Below are positions 49,301 through 60,211 of a stretch of 64,000 nucleotides of DNA, in pieces (positions within the stretch are counted from its first letter, which is position 1; each line of letters opens with the position of its first letter). The DNA is taken from NCBI RefSeq assembly GCF_018350175.1, contig NC_058368.1, positions 132,992,001-133,056,000 on the forward strand, written 5' to 3'. The stretch is from Felis catus. Taxonomy: Eukaryota. Both the position numbers and the translations under genes were made by a program. The notes beneath the pieces were generated by a model. That model was not told the origin of the DNA. It saw only the letters and a program-made list of their open reading frames with translations, and ran no database searches.

Positions 49301-52098
49301 CCTCCTTGGTTCAATTTATTCCTAAGAATTTTATGCAGTTTGATGTGGTTGTTCCTTTGACATTTAAGAATTATGTAGAAAGATAAATACTATGTGGAGT
49401 TGCACACATATATTTCTTTTATTGTACCTGAAGTTTTAGTTATGGTTAAAAATCTTTCTTTTGGGGGCGCCTGGGTGGCTCAGTCGGTTGAGTGTCCAGC
49501 TTCGGCTCAGGTCATGATCTCACAGTTTGTGAGTTTGAGCCCCGTGTCGGGCTCTGAGCTGACAGCTCAGAGCCTGGAGCCTGTTTCGGATTCTGTGTCT
49601 CCCTCTATCTCTGCTCCTCCCCCACTCGTGCTCTGTCTCTCTCTCTCTCAAAAATAAATAAAACATTTAAAAAAAAAATCTTTCTTTTTACCCAGTTAGT
49701 AAAGAAGTTCACCCATGTTTTCTTCTAGCAGCTGCATTTTATTTTAAAAATTTAGGTCTCTGATCCATTTGGACTTATTTATATATTATGGAATGAGATA
49801 AGAGATGTAGATCCAGTTTTAGCACTTACCAGGTAATAATCCAGTTGTCTCCAAACCTTTTACTGACAAAAGATCATCTTTTCTTCAATGATTTGAGATG
49901 CCACCCTTGGTAAACTAAATTTTCGTATGTATTTAGATCTCTTTGCTAAGTATCTTTGTTTCCTGGTCTTTGTCTTTATTTTTATTTATTTTTTAAAGTT
50001 CATTTATTTATTTCAAGGGAGAGAGGGGGGCACCGGGGCGGGGGGGGGCGGGGAAGGGGCTCTGCACTGCCAGCGCAGAACCCGATGCAGGGCTCGAACT
50101 CATGAACTGTAAAGTCATGACCTGAGCTGAAATCAAGAGTCAGGCACTCAGCCAACTGAGCCACCCATGCGCCCCCTGTTTGTCTTTATTTTTAAACTAT
50201 TCATAGTTACGAGAAAAAAGCTTAGAGTTCCCTATTAAGGTTGATATTTTAAAGTAGAAGGTATTATACCTCTGCTCTGAATTTTTTTTTCTCTCTAATT
50301 CTAAAGGTATATTATTTTTATACATGGAACTTGTTCATTTAGTCTTAACTTTGATTTGAATCAGTGGGTGTCCTTTTAATGGTGAATGATGAGGGCAGTG
50401 CACAGTAGGTTGTTTGAAGTCTGAAGTTTTGTTAGTAGTCATTCAGCCCTCCATGGGAGCTACCTCTAATTCTTTATCCTTTTCATTCCTGTCTGTTTAT
50501 TCATTTTTTTGCTTTGAAAAAGTAGGTAAAACACTATATTTTGTTTCATTTTAATCTCATTACAGCAGATAAATTAATCTTGAACTAAGAAATTGAAAAA
50601 ACTAAATTGTGTTTTATGTGAACACATGGTGGCCTCTATGTATCTTTAAAAAGCTAATTGGGGTATGGGGTGGAGTAGGTGGGGTTATAACGTCCATTTA
50701 TATTACTTGGTCAAACCAGGTTACTGATACGCTTATTTACAACGTATTAGTGTTAGATAAGGCTGTTTTGTCAATAGCATGGTAGGTCTTTAATTTCTTA
50801 GACATTCACTGGCATATATTCTCAATATTCTTATAGCAGAAATAAGAAGGATAAAAAGAGAGAAAAAGAAAGGGACCACATCAGTGAAAGAAGAGAGAGA
50901 GAACGTTCAACCTCTACAAGAAAGAGTTCTAATGACCGAGATGGAAAGGAAAAGTTGGAGAAGAATAATACTTCACTTAAAGTAAGCAACAGTCATTCAG
51001 TGTTTAGGCTTTGAATAATTAATAATTGATATTGTTATTTTTATACAGAACTAGTTTCAGGCCAAAAACTTCTTGAGAGCTATAGTATCTTATATGTTTT
51101 TGGTATTCTTTAATGTTCAATTGATAACTTTTTTAAGCTGAAGTTTTGAAGGGATGAGGTATGAACTAACTGAAACTCAAATGCATTCCTTATTTTAGAG
51201 AGTCCTAGACTGGCATACAAAAAGACTGTCTATAGGTAACGTAGATTTGATTTTATATAAGGTTTCTGATTGGGGCCATTTTCCTCAGAATATATCTGTT
51301 TCCTGTGAAATATATTTGTTTCAGCAAATTTGACAAAACTTTTGTCATCATTGGTTTTATAATGTATACTGAAATTAGGTTTGTTGAATTAGAATAATCA
51401 ATGCAAAAGCAAATTCTACCAAGTCAGTTTTTTGGATAAATATTTAACTACTTGTGAATTACATTAATTCTTTTGTTATACCAGTAAGTGTATTTGTATT
51501 TGGAAATGAATTATGAGTTCTGGAGCTTTCATGTTCTGGTTTTATTTACGCTTATATTCATAGAGATTTAGTATCGTCAATAGTATTGATACCGTCTCTT
51601 GAGCATCACCGTGTGTCAGGCACTGTTCCACATGTTCTCACGTAATTCTCCTTTAACTGAGGGCAGAATTGGACTGTTCTTGAGCAGTCTTTGGCATCTT
51701 TGGCACCTATTTAACTCTTTCAACAGATCTGTCCCACTTTTTCAATTAAGTAACATTTTTTCAACACTTAGACTTTCTCCTCAACTATTTTATTCTAATT
51801 TACAATTTCCAGAGGACATATTGATACATGTTTGTGTATCTTATTTATCTAAAATACTGTTTTATTAAGCTCACTGAAGTACATATTTTAGCTATAACCA
51901 GATGTAATAGCAGACAATATTAAGTGTACAACTTAATATTCATTGTAGGAGAAGGAACACAATAAAGAACCAGATTCAAGTGTGGGCAAAGAAGTAGATG
52001 ACAAGGATGCACCAAGGACTGAGGAAAACAAAGTCCAGCAAAATGGGAATTGTCAGCCAAATGAAGAAAACCTCTCTACCAAAACAGAAGCAGTGTAG
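6634..52098 (+). CDS. SREK1: SREK1, splicing regulatory Glu/Lys-rich protein 1: whole spliced CDS span, 12 coding exons, 626 aa
   Basis: Exon lengths 161+134+116+165+179+131+115+120+369+96+145+150 = 1881 nt, phases consistent, all introns GT-AG. Translation [28 protein letters not shown]...LSTKTEAV* matches the SREK1 sequence and domain order as I recall it. Confidence 0.97.
12436..12656 (+). mobile_element. Young feline Can-SINE (SINEC_Fc type) with intact TSD
   Basis: ggggcgcctgggtggcgcagtcggttaagcgtccgacttcagccaggtcacgatc..., CpGs largely intact; TSD aaaaggagaggtagg at ~12422 and ~12657. Confidence 0.92.
15098..15738 (+). mobile_element. 5'-truncated carnivore L1 3' end, sense to SREK1
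   Basis: ggtgcagccact...gtatggaggttcctcaaaaagttaaaaatagaactacc...; internal (CA)n; ends AATAAA 15721; degenerate TSD aaagactaaatttt / aaaggctaagtttt. Confidence 0.9.
15927..16060 (+). CDS. SREK1: SREK1 exon 2 (RRM1 C-half)
   Basis: Acceptor tttttattttgcag|[45 protein letters not shown](G); donor AAG|gttggt. Confidence 0.96.
21182..21305 (+). other. SREK1: Candidate stop-containing (poison) cassette exon in intron 2
   Basis: gctattag|TGATG ... TACAG|gtgacc; 124 nt; 8 CpGs in an AT-rich intron; in-frame TGA at 21283-21285 after exon 2. Confidence 0.7.
21588..21703 (+). CDS. SREK1: SREK1 exon 3 (contains internal ATG at 21641, MTSLMPGAG)
   Basis: Acceptor cctctgcag|[40 protein letters not shown]; donor ACA|gtaagt. 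Confidence 0.96.
22998..23454 (-). mobile_element. Two tandem Can-SINEs sharing one target site
   Basis: Two antisense SINEs; gggaaaatgctttt at 22984, 23207 and 23455. Confidence 0.9.
24095..24275. mobile_element. MER3-like hAT DNA transposon
   Basis: agaactttctgc...ggaaatg...gtagccactag...ggctgttgagcacttgaa...gtgactgagg. Confidence 0.65.
26006..26602. mobile_element. TcMar-Tigger non-autonomous element (MER82-like)
   Basis: Imperfect terminal inverted repeats cacttgattctca (26006) / tgagaattgactg (ends 26602), preceded by TA. Confidence 0.65.
27087..27251 (+). CDS. SREK1: SREK1 exon 4
   Basis: Acceptor ttttttgtag|[22 protein letters not shown]...[14 protein letters not shown] (RNP2-like VYVGNL); donor CAG|gtaact. 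Confidence 0.96.
27393..27571 (+). CDS. SREK1: SREK1 exon 5 (RRM2)
   Basis: Acceptor tttcttcag|[43 protein letters not shown]...GDRPL(K) with RNP1-like RFAFVEF; donor AA|gtaaga. Confidence 0.97.
28778..28908 (+). CDS. SREK1: SREK1 exon 6
   Basis: Acceptor aatttag|[44 protein letters not shown]; donor CAG|gtaagg. Confidence 0.96.
29599..29786 (+). other. SREK1: Candidate upstream alternative acceptor extending exon 7 by 188 nt, with premature stop
   Basis: tactgctgcag|GG; reads (G)[15 protein letters not shown] in frame with exon 6, TGA 29646-29648. Confidence 0.7.
29787..29901 (+). CDS. SREK1: SREK1 exon 7 (start of RS domain)
   Basis: Acceptor ttttttcctcccag|[39 protein letters not shown](R); donor CAG|gtgaga. 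Confidence 0.96.
33610..33870 (-). mobile_element. MIR SINE
   Basis: agcatttactctgtgccag...cctcatgacagcc...actttatagacgaagaaactaggcttagagaggg core; further MIR-like pieces near 28940-29080, 36690-36840, 37590-37800, 63650-63790. Confidence 0.75.
34600..34830 (-). mobile_element. Young feline Can-SINE ~65 nt upstream of the exon 8 acceptor
   Basis: Reverse complement of the same subfamily as 12436 (ctggctgaagtcggacg...gactgcgccacccaggcgcccc). Confidence 0.92.
34897..35016 (+). CDS. SREK1: SREK1 exon 8 (RS domain)
   Basis: Acceptor ttttctttag|[40 protein letters not shown](R); donor CG|gtgagt. Confidence 0.96.
35386..35754 (+). CDS. SREK1: SREK1 exon 9 (Glu/Lys-rich EK domain; 369 nt, frame-symmetric)
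   Basis: Acceptor ttttgtttttaaag|[25 protein letters not shown]...[17 protein letters not shown](R); donor CAG|gtttga; overlaps ORF-track 35432..35770. Confidence 0.95.
36037..36168. repeat. Compound (TTTTC)n(TTTC)n microsatellite
   Basis: Read directly from sequence. Confidence 0.97.
36398..36415. promoter_or_regulatory. CTCF-motif match, palindromic
   Basis: CTGCCACCAGGTGGCAGC contains CCACCAGGTGGCAG, fitting the core CCASYAGRKGGCRS. Confidence 0.65.
39212..39307 (+). CDS. SREK1: SREK1 exon 10
   Basis: Acceptor catctttcag|[32 protein letters not shown](G); donor GG|gtaggt. Confidence 0.95.
39385..39877 (-). mobile_element. Two tandem antisense Can-SINEs just downstream of exon 10
   Basis: Both end in gactgagccacccaggtgcccc; the second has an expanded purine-rich region. 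Confidence 0.9.
40707..40930 (+). mobile_element. Young feline Can-SINE
   Basis: ggggcgcctgggtggcacagtcggttaagcgtccgacttcagccagg...; TSD-like aaaaattttct on both sides. Confidence 0.92.
42218..42625. repeat. ~400-bp compound (TTTC)n/(TC)n/(TTCC)n polypyrimidine microsatellite
   Basis: Read directly; sits where the poly(A) tail of the adjacent antisense L1 is expected. Confidence 0.97.
42626..46170 (-). mobile_element. 5'-truncated carnivore L1 (ORF2 RT/C-terminus plus 3' UTR) with nested Can-SINEs at ~42834-43270 and ~44540-45170
   Basis: Minus-strand ORFs match L1 ORF2: [83 protein letters not shown]; frameshifted. Confidence 0.93.
47150..49340 (-). mobile_element. Older antisense L1 fragment with nested Can-SINEs (~47521 +, ~48015 - young, ~48375 - truncated)
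   Basis: gctatgaacattcatgtacaagtttttgtgtgg, catctcattgtggttttgatttgcattt, ccagttttcccagtaccatttgttgaaaaga, gggattttgataggggttgcattgaatctgtag. Confidence 0.8.
50837..50981 (+). CDS. SREK1: SREK1 exon 11 (NAGNAG acceptor)
   Basis: Acceptor ttcttatag|[51 protein letters not shown]; donor AAA|gtaagc. Confidence 0.94.
51949..52098 (+). CDS. SREK1: SREK1 exon 12, coding part (stop TAG 52096-52098)
   Basis: Acceptor cattgtag|[52 protein letters not shown]. Confidence 0.95.
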   Translation, partial: EKEHNKEPDSSVGKEVDDKDAPRTEENKVQQNGNCQPNEENLSTKTEAV

Positions 52099-54510
52099 GA
52101 CTGACAGATGCACCTCTAAACACACGCTGGAATAAAATCCAAAGCTATTAATTCTTCCAACAAGATGTTATACAGTGAAGAAATCCAGTTGAGTATGAAG
52201 ATATGAACTAACAGCTTTTCTAGTTGTTAGGTGACTTTGTGGCCATCTTGTTACTGAGTAAGAAAATAAAGCATGGACATCGTGAAAATAACAGGTGTTA
52301 CCCAAACTCCTCATCTTCTAGAATTTGTGCATTTCCATGGTGGCTGACACACTTGTCATGTGGTTTGTTAGTGTTTGCCAAGAACCATTGCAAATAAATG
52401 GGACGTCAAAGATCCAAATTTGTACTGTCCACAGAGACTGGAGATAAGCATTGGAGGCTCTTTTAAAAAATGGTTGTTACTGAATTTTGTATTGTTTTAC
52501 TTTTTTTTTTTTTAATTTCAATATATACAGATTTGATGATGTGCTTGAAATCGGTGCAAATATATACACACCCTTGTAAGTGCAGAGTATGTAAGAAGTT
52601 TTAACATTTACTTCACAGGATTTACGGTGGTTGTGTTAAATTCTCACTGTTGTGTTTTCTTTTGCTCACTGTTTAGAACAACAGTTTTTTGTTAAAATAG
52701 TTTTACAGACTAAAATTGCTTAAATAAGTGGATTAACAAACAACTGACAATGCATGCTACTGTTCTCTTTCAAAAGGAAGAGCAACTGTATTGAATACTA
52801 ATAATAATGGATTAGTATTCAGCGTTTAGAATCATTGGGTCTCCTCACAAAGTAAGCATTTCCTTTTGAACTTTTTTTGACATTTCCAAGCTTATTATGA
52901 ATAATATTGCAGTGTGTGTTGTCAGCTGTAGGTGGCAAAGGTGCCATTATTAAAAGAAAACTGGGTTTTCAAAACGGGCTATGGGAGCACAAGCTGAAGC
53001 TTTAGTGCCTTCTACAATGTGGTATACTGTTTTCTAGAATTTTATATGTGCTAGTCATTCTCAATTCATACGGAACTTAGATGGCTATTTCATTCACTCC
53101 CATAGAGAAAGTGTCCAAAATAGTGTGTCAGAGAAGAGCTTCTTACATAGCTCACCTAACATGAGGGAAGTCCTGCTTTTAAGAATGACTTCAGAGCTTA
53201 AAACAACAATGCAGTTTTGGGACCATCAGTTTTATACTGTGATAATTGAATATGAAGCATGTTCTTACTTTACTTAAATCAGAGCGAACACTTTCGTTGT
53301 CTCCATTGGATGGCCTTAATTATTACCTCTTAATCATCTTCTCGTAAGTGATGTGCAGAAATTATATGTAAAAGAGAACACGTGAGATTATTTGTTTTAA
53401 GGATATGTTTACTTGAGTTTAAAATATAGGTCATCCGTTACTCTTAGGCTCACTTTTTGCAGGAAGTAAGCAAGTAGCAAAATGACAACATTGCTAATAT
53501 TTTCCCCAAAGCCATAACTCATAATTTCAGAAATCTTTTCATTATTGTTATATTCCACCAAAAGTTATACCTTTCAATTAGCATGTTAATAAAAAAAAAT
53601 CAAGTATAATTATTTTAATGCAATCTAATACAATCAAATTACTCCGTTGCCTTACCTCATGGGAAGAGTTACTTATAGATTTAAAAAGCTGAGTAGCACA
53701 TCAGTTACTTGGTTTCAACTTGAGTTTTCTTTTAATGTTCATACTATTGAAACTTAAGTATTTGATAGAAAATGGAAAGAATTGCCCTTATTGCAAGTAA
53801 TGAAGCCTGGTTTGATTATGAAGCTGCTTAATTACTCTTCATGTGTTCAGAATTACTGTGTTTTTTTTTTCCTTTTTGTCACCGTGTACATTAAAATTTT
53901 TGAAAATGCTTTACTATGTAAAGTATAGATGGTCATTTTAATCATTCAGCCACATACGGTTGGCTGGTAAACAGCTTATTCTGATACAAGAATGCTTGGG
54001 TGCATATGGAAAGATTGTGAGTGTGTGTCTTGCATCAACAGCTGTCTTATTTATAATATGTAGTAGAATAGAGCAAATGTTTGAATCTTTGTTATTTTTA
54101 GTACCATTTCTCTAATAAAGCTAAGTATTTTAGAGGAGAGTATTTGTTTATGCATTTCAAAACAGCATCTTAGTTTATCATGTCTATCTTGTTTTAGTTG
54201 GCATAGAAATTGTTTCAACGTGGAGAAAACATGTTTGTGTGGTGTTTTGAGTTATTTCTTGTACTCTGGACTCAATGTTTCCTTTGTTGGCAGTTAATAT
54301 AATTAGGTTCCTGCTACTAATTATTTTTCTTGCTGATGATACTGAGTTTTAAAATAATACTTCTTTTGAAAGACACTGATTTGTAAAAGGAGGACATGAA
54401 TAGGAATATAGGCGATCCAGAGAGAGTGAAACATGTTCTTAAGTGTGTTTATGGAAGCAAAGTTTTCTAGGGCTTGGAGGTATTGGAGTGAGTGTGTGCG
54501 AGAGAGAGAG

Positions 54511-54556
<46 letters not shown>

Positions 54557-56545
54557 GTTTTCTTTTCTTTGTTCACTTACAGGATCCTGGTAGGTTTCCA
54601 TTTATTTGTTACTTTCTTTCAAGGTATTTTGTTTTTTCTTTAAGACTATTCTTTTTCATCCCAGGTAGATGTCAGGAAAACTTGAGGTAAGGCCAAGAAG
54701 ACAGTAATTTTATACTTGATCCCTTTTTTAATTACGTTTTTTTTTAGCTTGATTATACAGAGAGTACATTCTGTTCCTTAATTGTGGTTGCTATTTATCA
54801 TTCTAGACAAATTCTGTTCATCCTCATGTTTCTTTTCGCAGTGCATGATGAATTATTTATATTAAGGTGGACCTTCATAATAAGGTGACCAGTTTTATGT
54901 GTGAAAACAAGTATAAATCCTTAACTTCTGCAGTTGCCTCTGTATTATTTCTCCATCTAGTCTAATTTATAATTGCAAACACTAGTCAACTTGTGATTTT
55001 GTTTAGAATTCTTACATTCAGTAGTTTCAATCTATGCCATGTTGATCTTCAGAAGTGTCAGAGGCTTAAATTTTGACATGCTTAAAAGAAAAATTCAAGT
55101 TTAGAATCCTTTCTTGTCAAGAAAGTAACTTCATTTGTGACTTTATTTGCAGGACCTCATTCATTCCTATATATATGTTGCTATCTTTATCTTAAAACTT
55201 TAAAAAGTCTTTAAATCAGCCCTGAAGATACTATTTAATTTTAAGAATTACAATATGTAGTAATAGGCCCTTAATCATTTAAAAAAATCTATTAGAAGTA
55301 ATATGATTTGATAAAATCATATTTTTATGATTAGTCTTTTTAGTGGTTGACTTAGCTATTAGTATGAATCCTTTTGGAAGGATGCATTGAATAACATTTC
55401 AGTGCATTATTTCTTATATTTTCACTAAAAGATAGTATCTGATTTTAACGGACTGGGTTATGAAGTAGAGCCGTGTCCACAAAGTATGTTCCTTATATGT
55501 TTAACTATTTTTTCTTTTCACTACCTACATACTTAGTATTCTCACGTTTATTTACTAGTGTAATAATTCATTTAAAATTGTTTATTTTCAAATTTCAAAA
55601 GTTAGGGCTCTTAAAAGGGCTAAATTAGATTTCTGGAAGCAGTAGTAAGTATAGTGTAATATAAAGTCTTTTAAAATAAAATTGACTTCCTTACCTAATT
55701 TTGGGTTTGTGGGTGAATTTTTCTTAAATACGCTCTTATTGGTGATTTTGCCTGAAGATTGATACCTTACTTTAAAAACAAAAGCTAAAGCTATTGATGG
55801 TTTTTTGGTCCATATTCAGTTAGGTTGGTAGTAAGTAATAATTACATTTCTTTCCATTCTATTTTAAGGTATTTTTGTATTTCCTAGCAAGTAATTTATC
55901 ATAATAATTAGTTTATATCTAAGACAACATTTCTTGATATATTGTTTTTAAACACAGGGTTTTAGTTTGTTTCCTGATTTTTAAATTAACTTTGTATGTA
56001 GCTAACATTTTAATTTTGAAAATTGCCAACTTGTGGGAAACTTCACATATTTTACTGCTAAGATTTATTTCCCTGGGATTGGAACGGAATAGTAGTCCTC
56101 TCCATTCTTAACTTTCTTTTGCTAGATAGATAATTTCTTGACTCTATGTGCAAGTTCAAATTTATGAAAATCATGCTGAAAGAATTAGAATTGAAGAGAT
56201 GGATTTCCATCAACTTTGGCAGCGTGTTAGGCAACATGGTTGGGGGGCAATCTGCAGAACTCCCTGATTTCCACAGAAGATTACATCTGGGTGTATTGTG
56301 TCGTTGTGTAGGTAGTTCAGTTTAATAGTTAAATATTCTTCTTCTTAATCTTACAATAGTGTTCTTTACATGATGCTATGGGTTATCAAGGGAAGAGTTT
56401 AACATGTAAACATAAGATGCTGCATAGGTCGTGTATATTTATGTGAGTAGGGCTACTTCTAAGTGGTACTAGTAAAGATTTATCAAATGATGCTGCTATT
56501 GTGTTGCTATATTTTTAATAAAATGAAAATCTTAAAATCTCACCA
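52099..56545 (+). other. SREK1: Probable long SREK1 3' UTR with tandem polyadenylation signals
   Basis: AT-rich, no SINE/LINE seen until ~56.6 kb; AATAAA at 52131, 52265, 52393, 53588, 54114 and 56517, among others. The true 3' end cannot be fixed from sequence alone. Confidence 0.6.
54499..54552. repeat. (GA)n microsatellite within the putative 3' UTR
   Basis: Read directly; other dinucleotide tracts at ~60155-60208 (GA) and ~63378-63401 (CA). Confidence 0.95.
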
Positions 56546-56639
56546 CTGTTGAGTAGTAATTTCACTTATTTCTGAGACATTTATGTACCTATTTATGACT
56601 TATTTTTTATAACTGAAAGGTGGTAATGGGCTCTTCTAG

Positions 56640-58214
56640 GGGTGTGTCGTATCTTTCTGGTTTTGGTTTATAGTGCTAGCCTAACAGGGTGATGTGGAAA
56701 ATGTTCCCTCATCTTCAGTTCTCTGAAGGACTTTGTATCATATTGTCATTACTTCTTCCATAAATGTTAGGTAGAATTTCACAATAAAGCTAACCTGAGT
56801 CTGGAATTTCCTTCTCACATTACAAATCAATTTGAAAAGTAGATTTAGGATTATTTATGTTTTTTCTTCTTCTTCTTGAGGAAGCTTTGGTGTTTGTGCA
56901 TCTTCAAAGGAATTTGTTGTCCAGTCTATTCCAAGTCTGTTCTAACTTGTCAAATCTATTGGCATAAAGTTCATGGAATCTCATTCCTAATATTGTTAAT
57001 ATGGTTTTTTTTAATCTGTTTATTGATTTAAAATAGGTCAGATTTTCTTTCATCAGATTTCCTCTGTTGTTTTTCTGCTTTTTATTTCACTGATTTCTGC
57101 TCTTTGTGATTTCTTCTGCTTATTTCAGAATTATCTATTTATTTATTGCTCTTTCCTAAGTTTAAGTTTTTTTAAAGGTTTTTTAAGAGAGAGCATGAGC
57201 AGGGGAGGGGCAGAGAGAGAGAGGAGACAGAATCTAAAGCAGGCTCCAGGCTCTGAGCTGTCAGCACAGAGCCCAACACGGGGCTCAAACTCATGGACTG
57301 AGATCATGACCTGAGCTGAAATTGGATGCTTAACTGACCGAGCCACCCAGGTGCCTCAATAACTTGTGATTTTTAGGTGGTTTTAGGTTTTATTGTGTGT
57401 GAATTGTAATTTGTCATAGTCTAGTTGAAATTTTTTTTTTTTTAACGTTTATTTATTTTTGAGACAGAGAGAGACAGAGCATGAACGGGGGAGGATCAGA
57501 GAGAGGGAGACACAGAATCTGAAACAGGCTCCAGGCTCTGAGCTGTCAGCACAGAGCCCAACGCGGGGCTCGAACTCACGGACCGCGAGATCATGACCTG
57601 AGCCGAAGTCGGCCGCTTAAACCGACTGAGCCACCCAGGCACCCCAATGTCATAGTCTAGTTTAAAGTGTGAGCTCTTTTTCTAGTTTAAAGTGTGAGCT
57701 GGAGTCACTGACTTGAGACCTTCTTTTCTGATACAGGTATTTTAATGCTGTGAATTTCCCTCTAAGTACTGCTTAGGTACATTCAACAAATTTTGACATA
57801 GTGTGTCTTTGTTTTTGTTCAGTTCAGAACACTTAATAATTTCCCATTTGGCGTTGTCTTTGATCCATGGGTTATTTTCAATGTGTGTTCAAATATTTGG
57901 GCATTTCCAAAGATCTTTGTTAGTGACTCCTAACTTTATTCCATTTTGGTTAGTAAATAGTTTGTATGATTTGATTCCTTTTAAATTTTCTAAGACTTTC
58001 TTATGGCTTGCAGTGTATCTTCTTTAAGTGTTCCATATGCACTTGTTAAGAATGTATCGTATGATTCTTTTTGAGTGAAATAATCTGTAATGCCAGTTAG
58101 GTCATGTTGACTGATGGTTTTGTTGTTCATATCTTCTATGTCCGTACTGATTTTCTGTCATTGCTAATTTTTAAGGTTGGGGTCTTGAAATTCCTTGGTA
58201 AATTGTGGATTTTG

Positions 58215-58250
<36 letters not shown>

Positions 58251-60070
58251 TTCTTTCATGTAGTTCTTTCTTTCTGATTTTGCTTTATGTATTTTGAAAC
58301 TCTTAAGAGCTCATGAATGTTTGGGATTGTTAATGTGCTCATGTTGAATTGACATATCATTATTTAGTTGTCCTTTTATTCCTGGTAATATTCTTTGCTT
58401 CAAAATCTTCTTGTTAGGTTAATCCTAGCAGGAATTTTTTTAAAAATTTCACATTAGCATAGTATTATCTTTTCCTATCCTTTTACTCCAGACCTGTTTG
58501 TGTTTATATATTTTAAGTGTGCATTTTGTGGGCAGCATAGATTTTGGTTTTGCCTTTTTCTTTAAAAAAAAAATTCTTTTAAATGTTTATTTTATTTTTA
58601 GAGAGATGGAGGGAGGGAGAGAGAGAGCGGGGGAGGAGCACACAGAGGGAGACACAGAATCCGAAGCAGGCTCCAGGCTCCAAGCCATCGGCACAGAGCC
58701 CGATGTGGGGCTCAAACCCATGAACCGTGAGATCATGCCCTAAGCTGAAGTTGGACACTTAACCAACTGAGCCACCCAGGCACCGTTTGCCTTTTTCTTT
58801 TTTAATCCAGTCTCCCTATGCCTTAGTTGGGAGTGTTAAAACCAGTCGCATTCAGTGTGAATATTGGTGTCATTATATTTAAATCTACCATCTTAAGTTT
58901 TTGTCCCCCTTTTTATCTGCCTTCTTTTGGACTACTTGAATATTTTGTATTACTCCATTTCATCCTTTTTGTTGTCTTCTTAGCTACAATAACTTGTGAT
59001 TTCTTTAAATAATTTTTTTTAATGTTCATTTTAGAGAGAGACAGACAGAATCTGAAGTAGGCTTCAGGCTCTGAGCTGTTAGCACAGAGCCTGACTCAGG
59101 GCTCAAACTGATGAAGGGTGAGATCACAACCTGAGTTGAAGTCGGACGCTTAACCGACCGAGCCACCCAGGTGCCTCAATAACTTGTGATTTTTAGGTGG
59201 TTTTAGGGTTTATTGTGTGTGAATTGTAATTTGTCATAGTCTATTCTTAAGTAATATGCCACTTCATTTATAGTGTAAGAACTTTGCAATAATGCTTTTC
59301 TATTTTTCCTACTTGCAGTTTGTGCTTTTTTTGTTACGTATTTTACTTCATACATGTGTTAAAGTCCCCACAATACACTGTTAACAAGTTTTGCTTAAAC
59401 AATTTTAAAGAGATTTTGAAGAAGGGAAAAGTCTCAGATATTTACCTATCTACTTACAATTTATGGTGTTCTTCATTTCTTTGTGTAGATCCAGGGTTCT
59501 ACTTGGTACTGTTTTCCTTCTGCCTGAGACCTCTTTTAACATTTCTTTTAGTTCAGGTCTGCTGGTAATGGATTCTCTCACCTTTTTCAGGCTGAAGTTT
59601 TTATTTCAACTTAATATTTTAAAAGATATTTTTGCTGGATATCGACTTCTACAGTGACTGTTTTTTCCTTTCCACTTTCCACTGTCCACTGGTTTACTTT
59701 GTTTGCAGCAAGAGCTCTACTATTATTATTGTTCCTCTACCCAGAAAGTAGCCTTTTTCTTGTGATCACTTTTTTTTTTGCAGTTTATTTTCAAGTAATC
59801 TCTGCACCCATTGTGGGCTTGAACTCAGGATCCTGACATCAAGCGTCACATGCTCTTCTGACTGAGCCAGCAGGTGTCCCTTCCTGTGACCACCTTTAGG
59901 ATTTTCGCCTTTCATTGGTTTTAATCAGTTTATATGCCTTGGTATTGCTTTTTTTTAATGTTTAAGTGCTTGCGGTTCCTTGTGCTTCTTGGGTCTGCAT
60001 GTTTTGAGTTTTAAGTTTGGAAATTTTTAATCATTTCTTCAAAAACGATTTCTTTCTTCTCCCCTCTTTG
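56640..60070 (-). mobile_element. Very old antisense L1 (L1M) remnants with Can-SINEs at ~57170, 57430, 58570, 59010, 59770
   Basis: Degenerate ORF2-antisense motifs (gaatttccctctaagtactgc, caacaaattttgacatagtgtg, gtgttccatatgcacttg..aagaatgtat). Confidence 0.65.
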
Positions 60071-60151
60071 TAGTCTCCTATTAATGTCTGTTGTCCCTTG
60101 AAGTTGTCCCACTGCTTGCATCAGTCTTTTTCTTCAGCTGTGTGTATGTGT

Positions 60152-60211
<60 letters not shown>

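Noticed and set aside
51907..51913. Upstream tagcag tandem acceptor before exon 12
   Set aside because: No pyrimidine tract, and both options (35 or 38 nt extra) shift the frame; no supporting evidence
190..59880. Recurrent MAQSVK.../FIFERER... ORFs and tRNA-like A/B boxes; dispersed repeats suggesting a tRNA cluster or CRISPR-like array
   Set aside because: All are tRNA-derived Can-SINEs with (CT)n region, poly(A) tail and TSDs; irregular spacing, no cloverleaf, eukaryotic context
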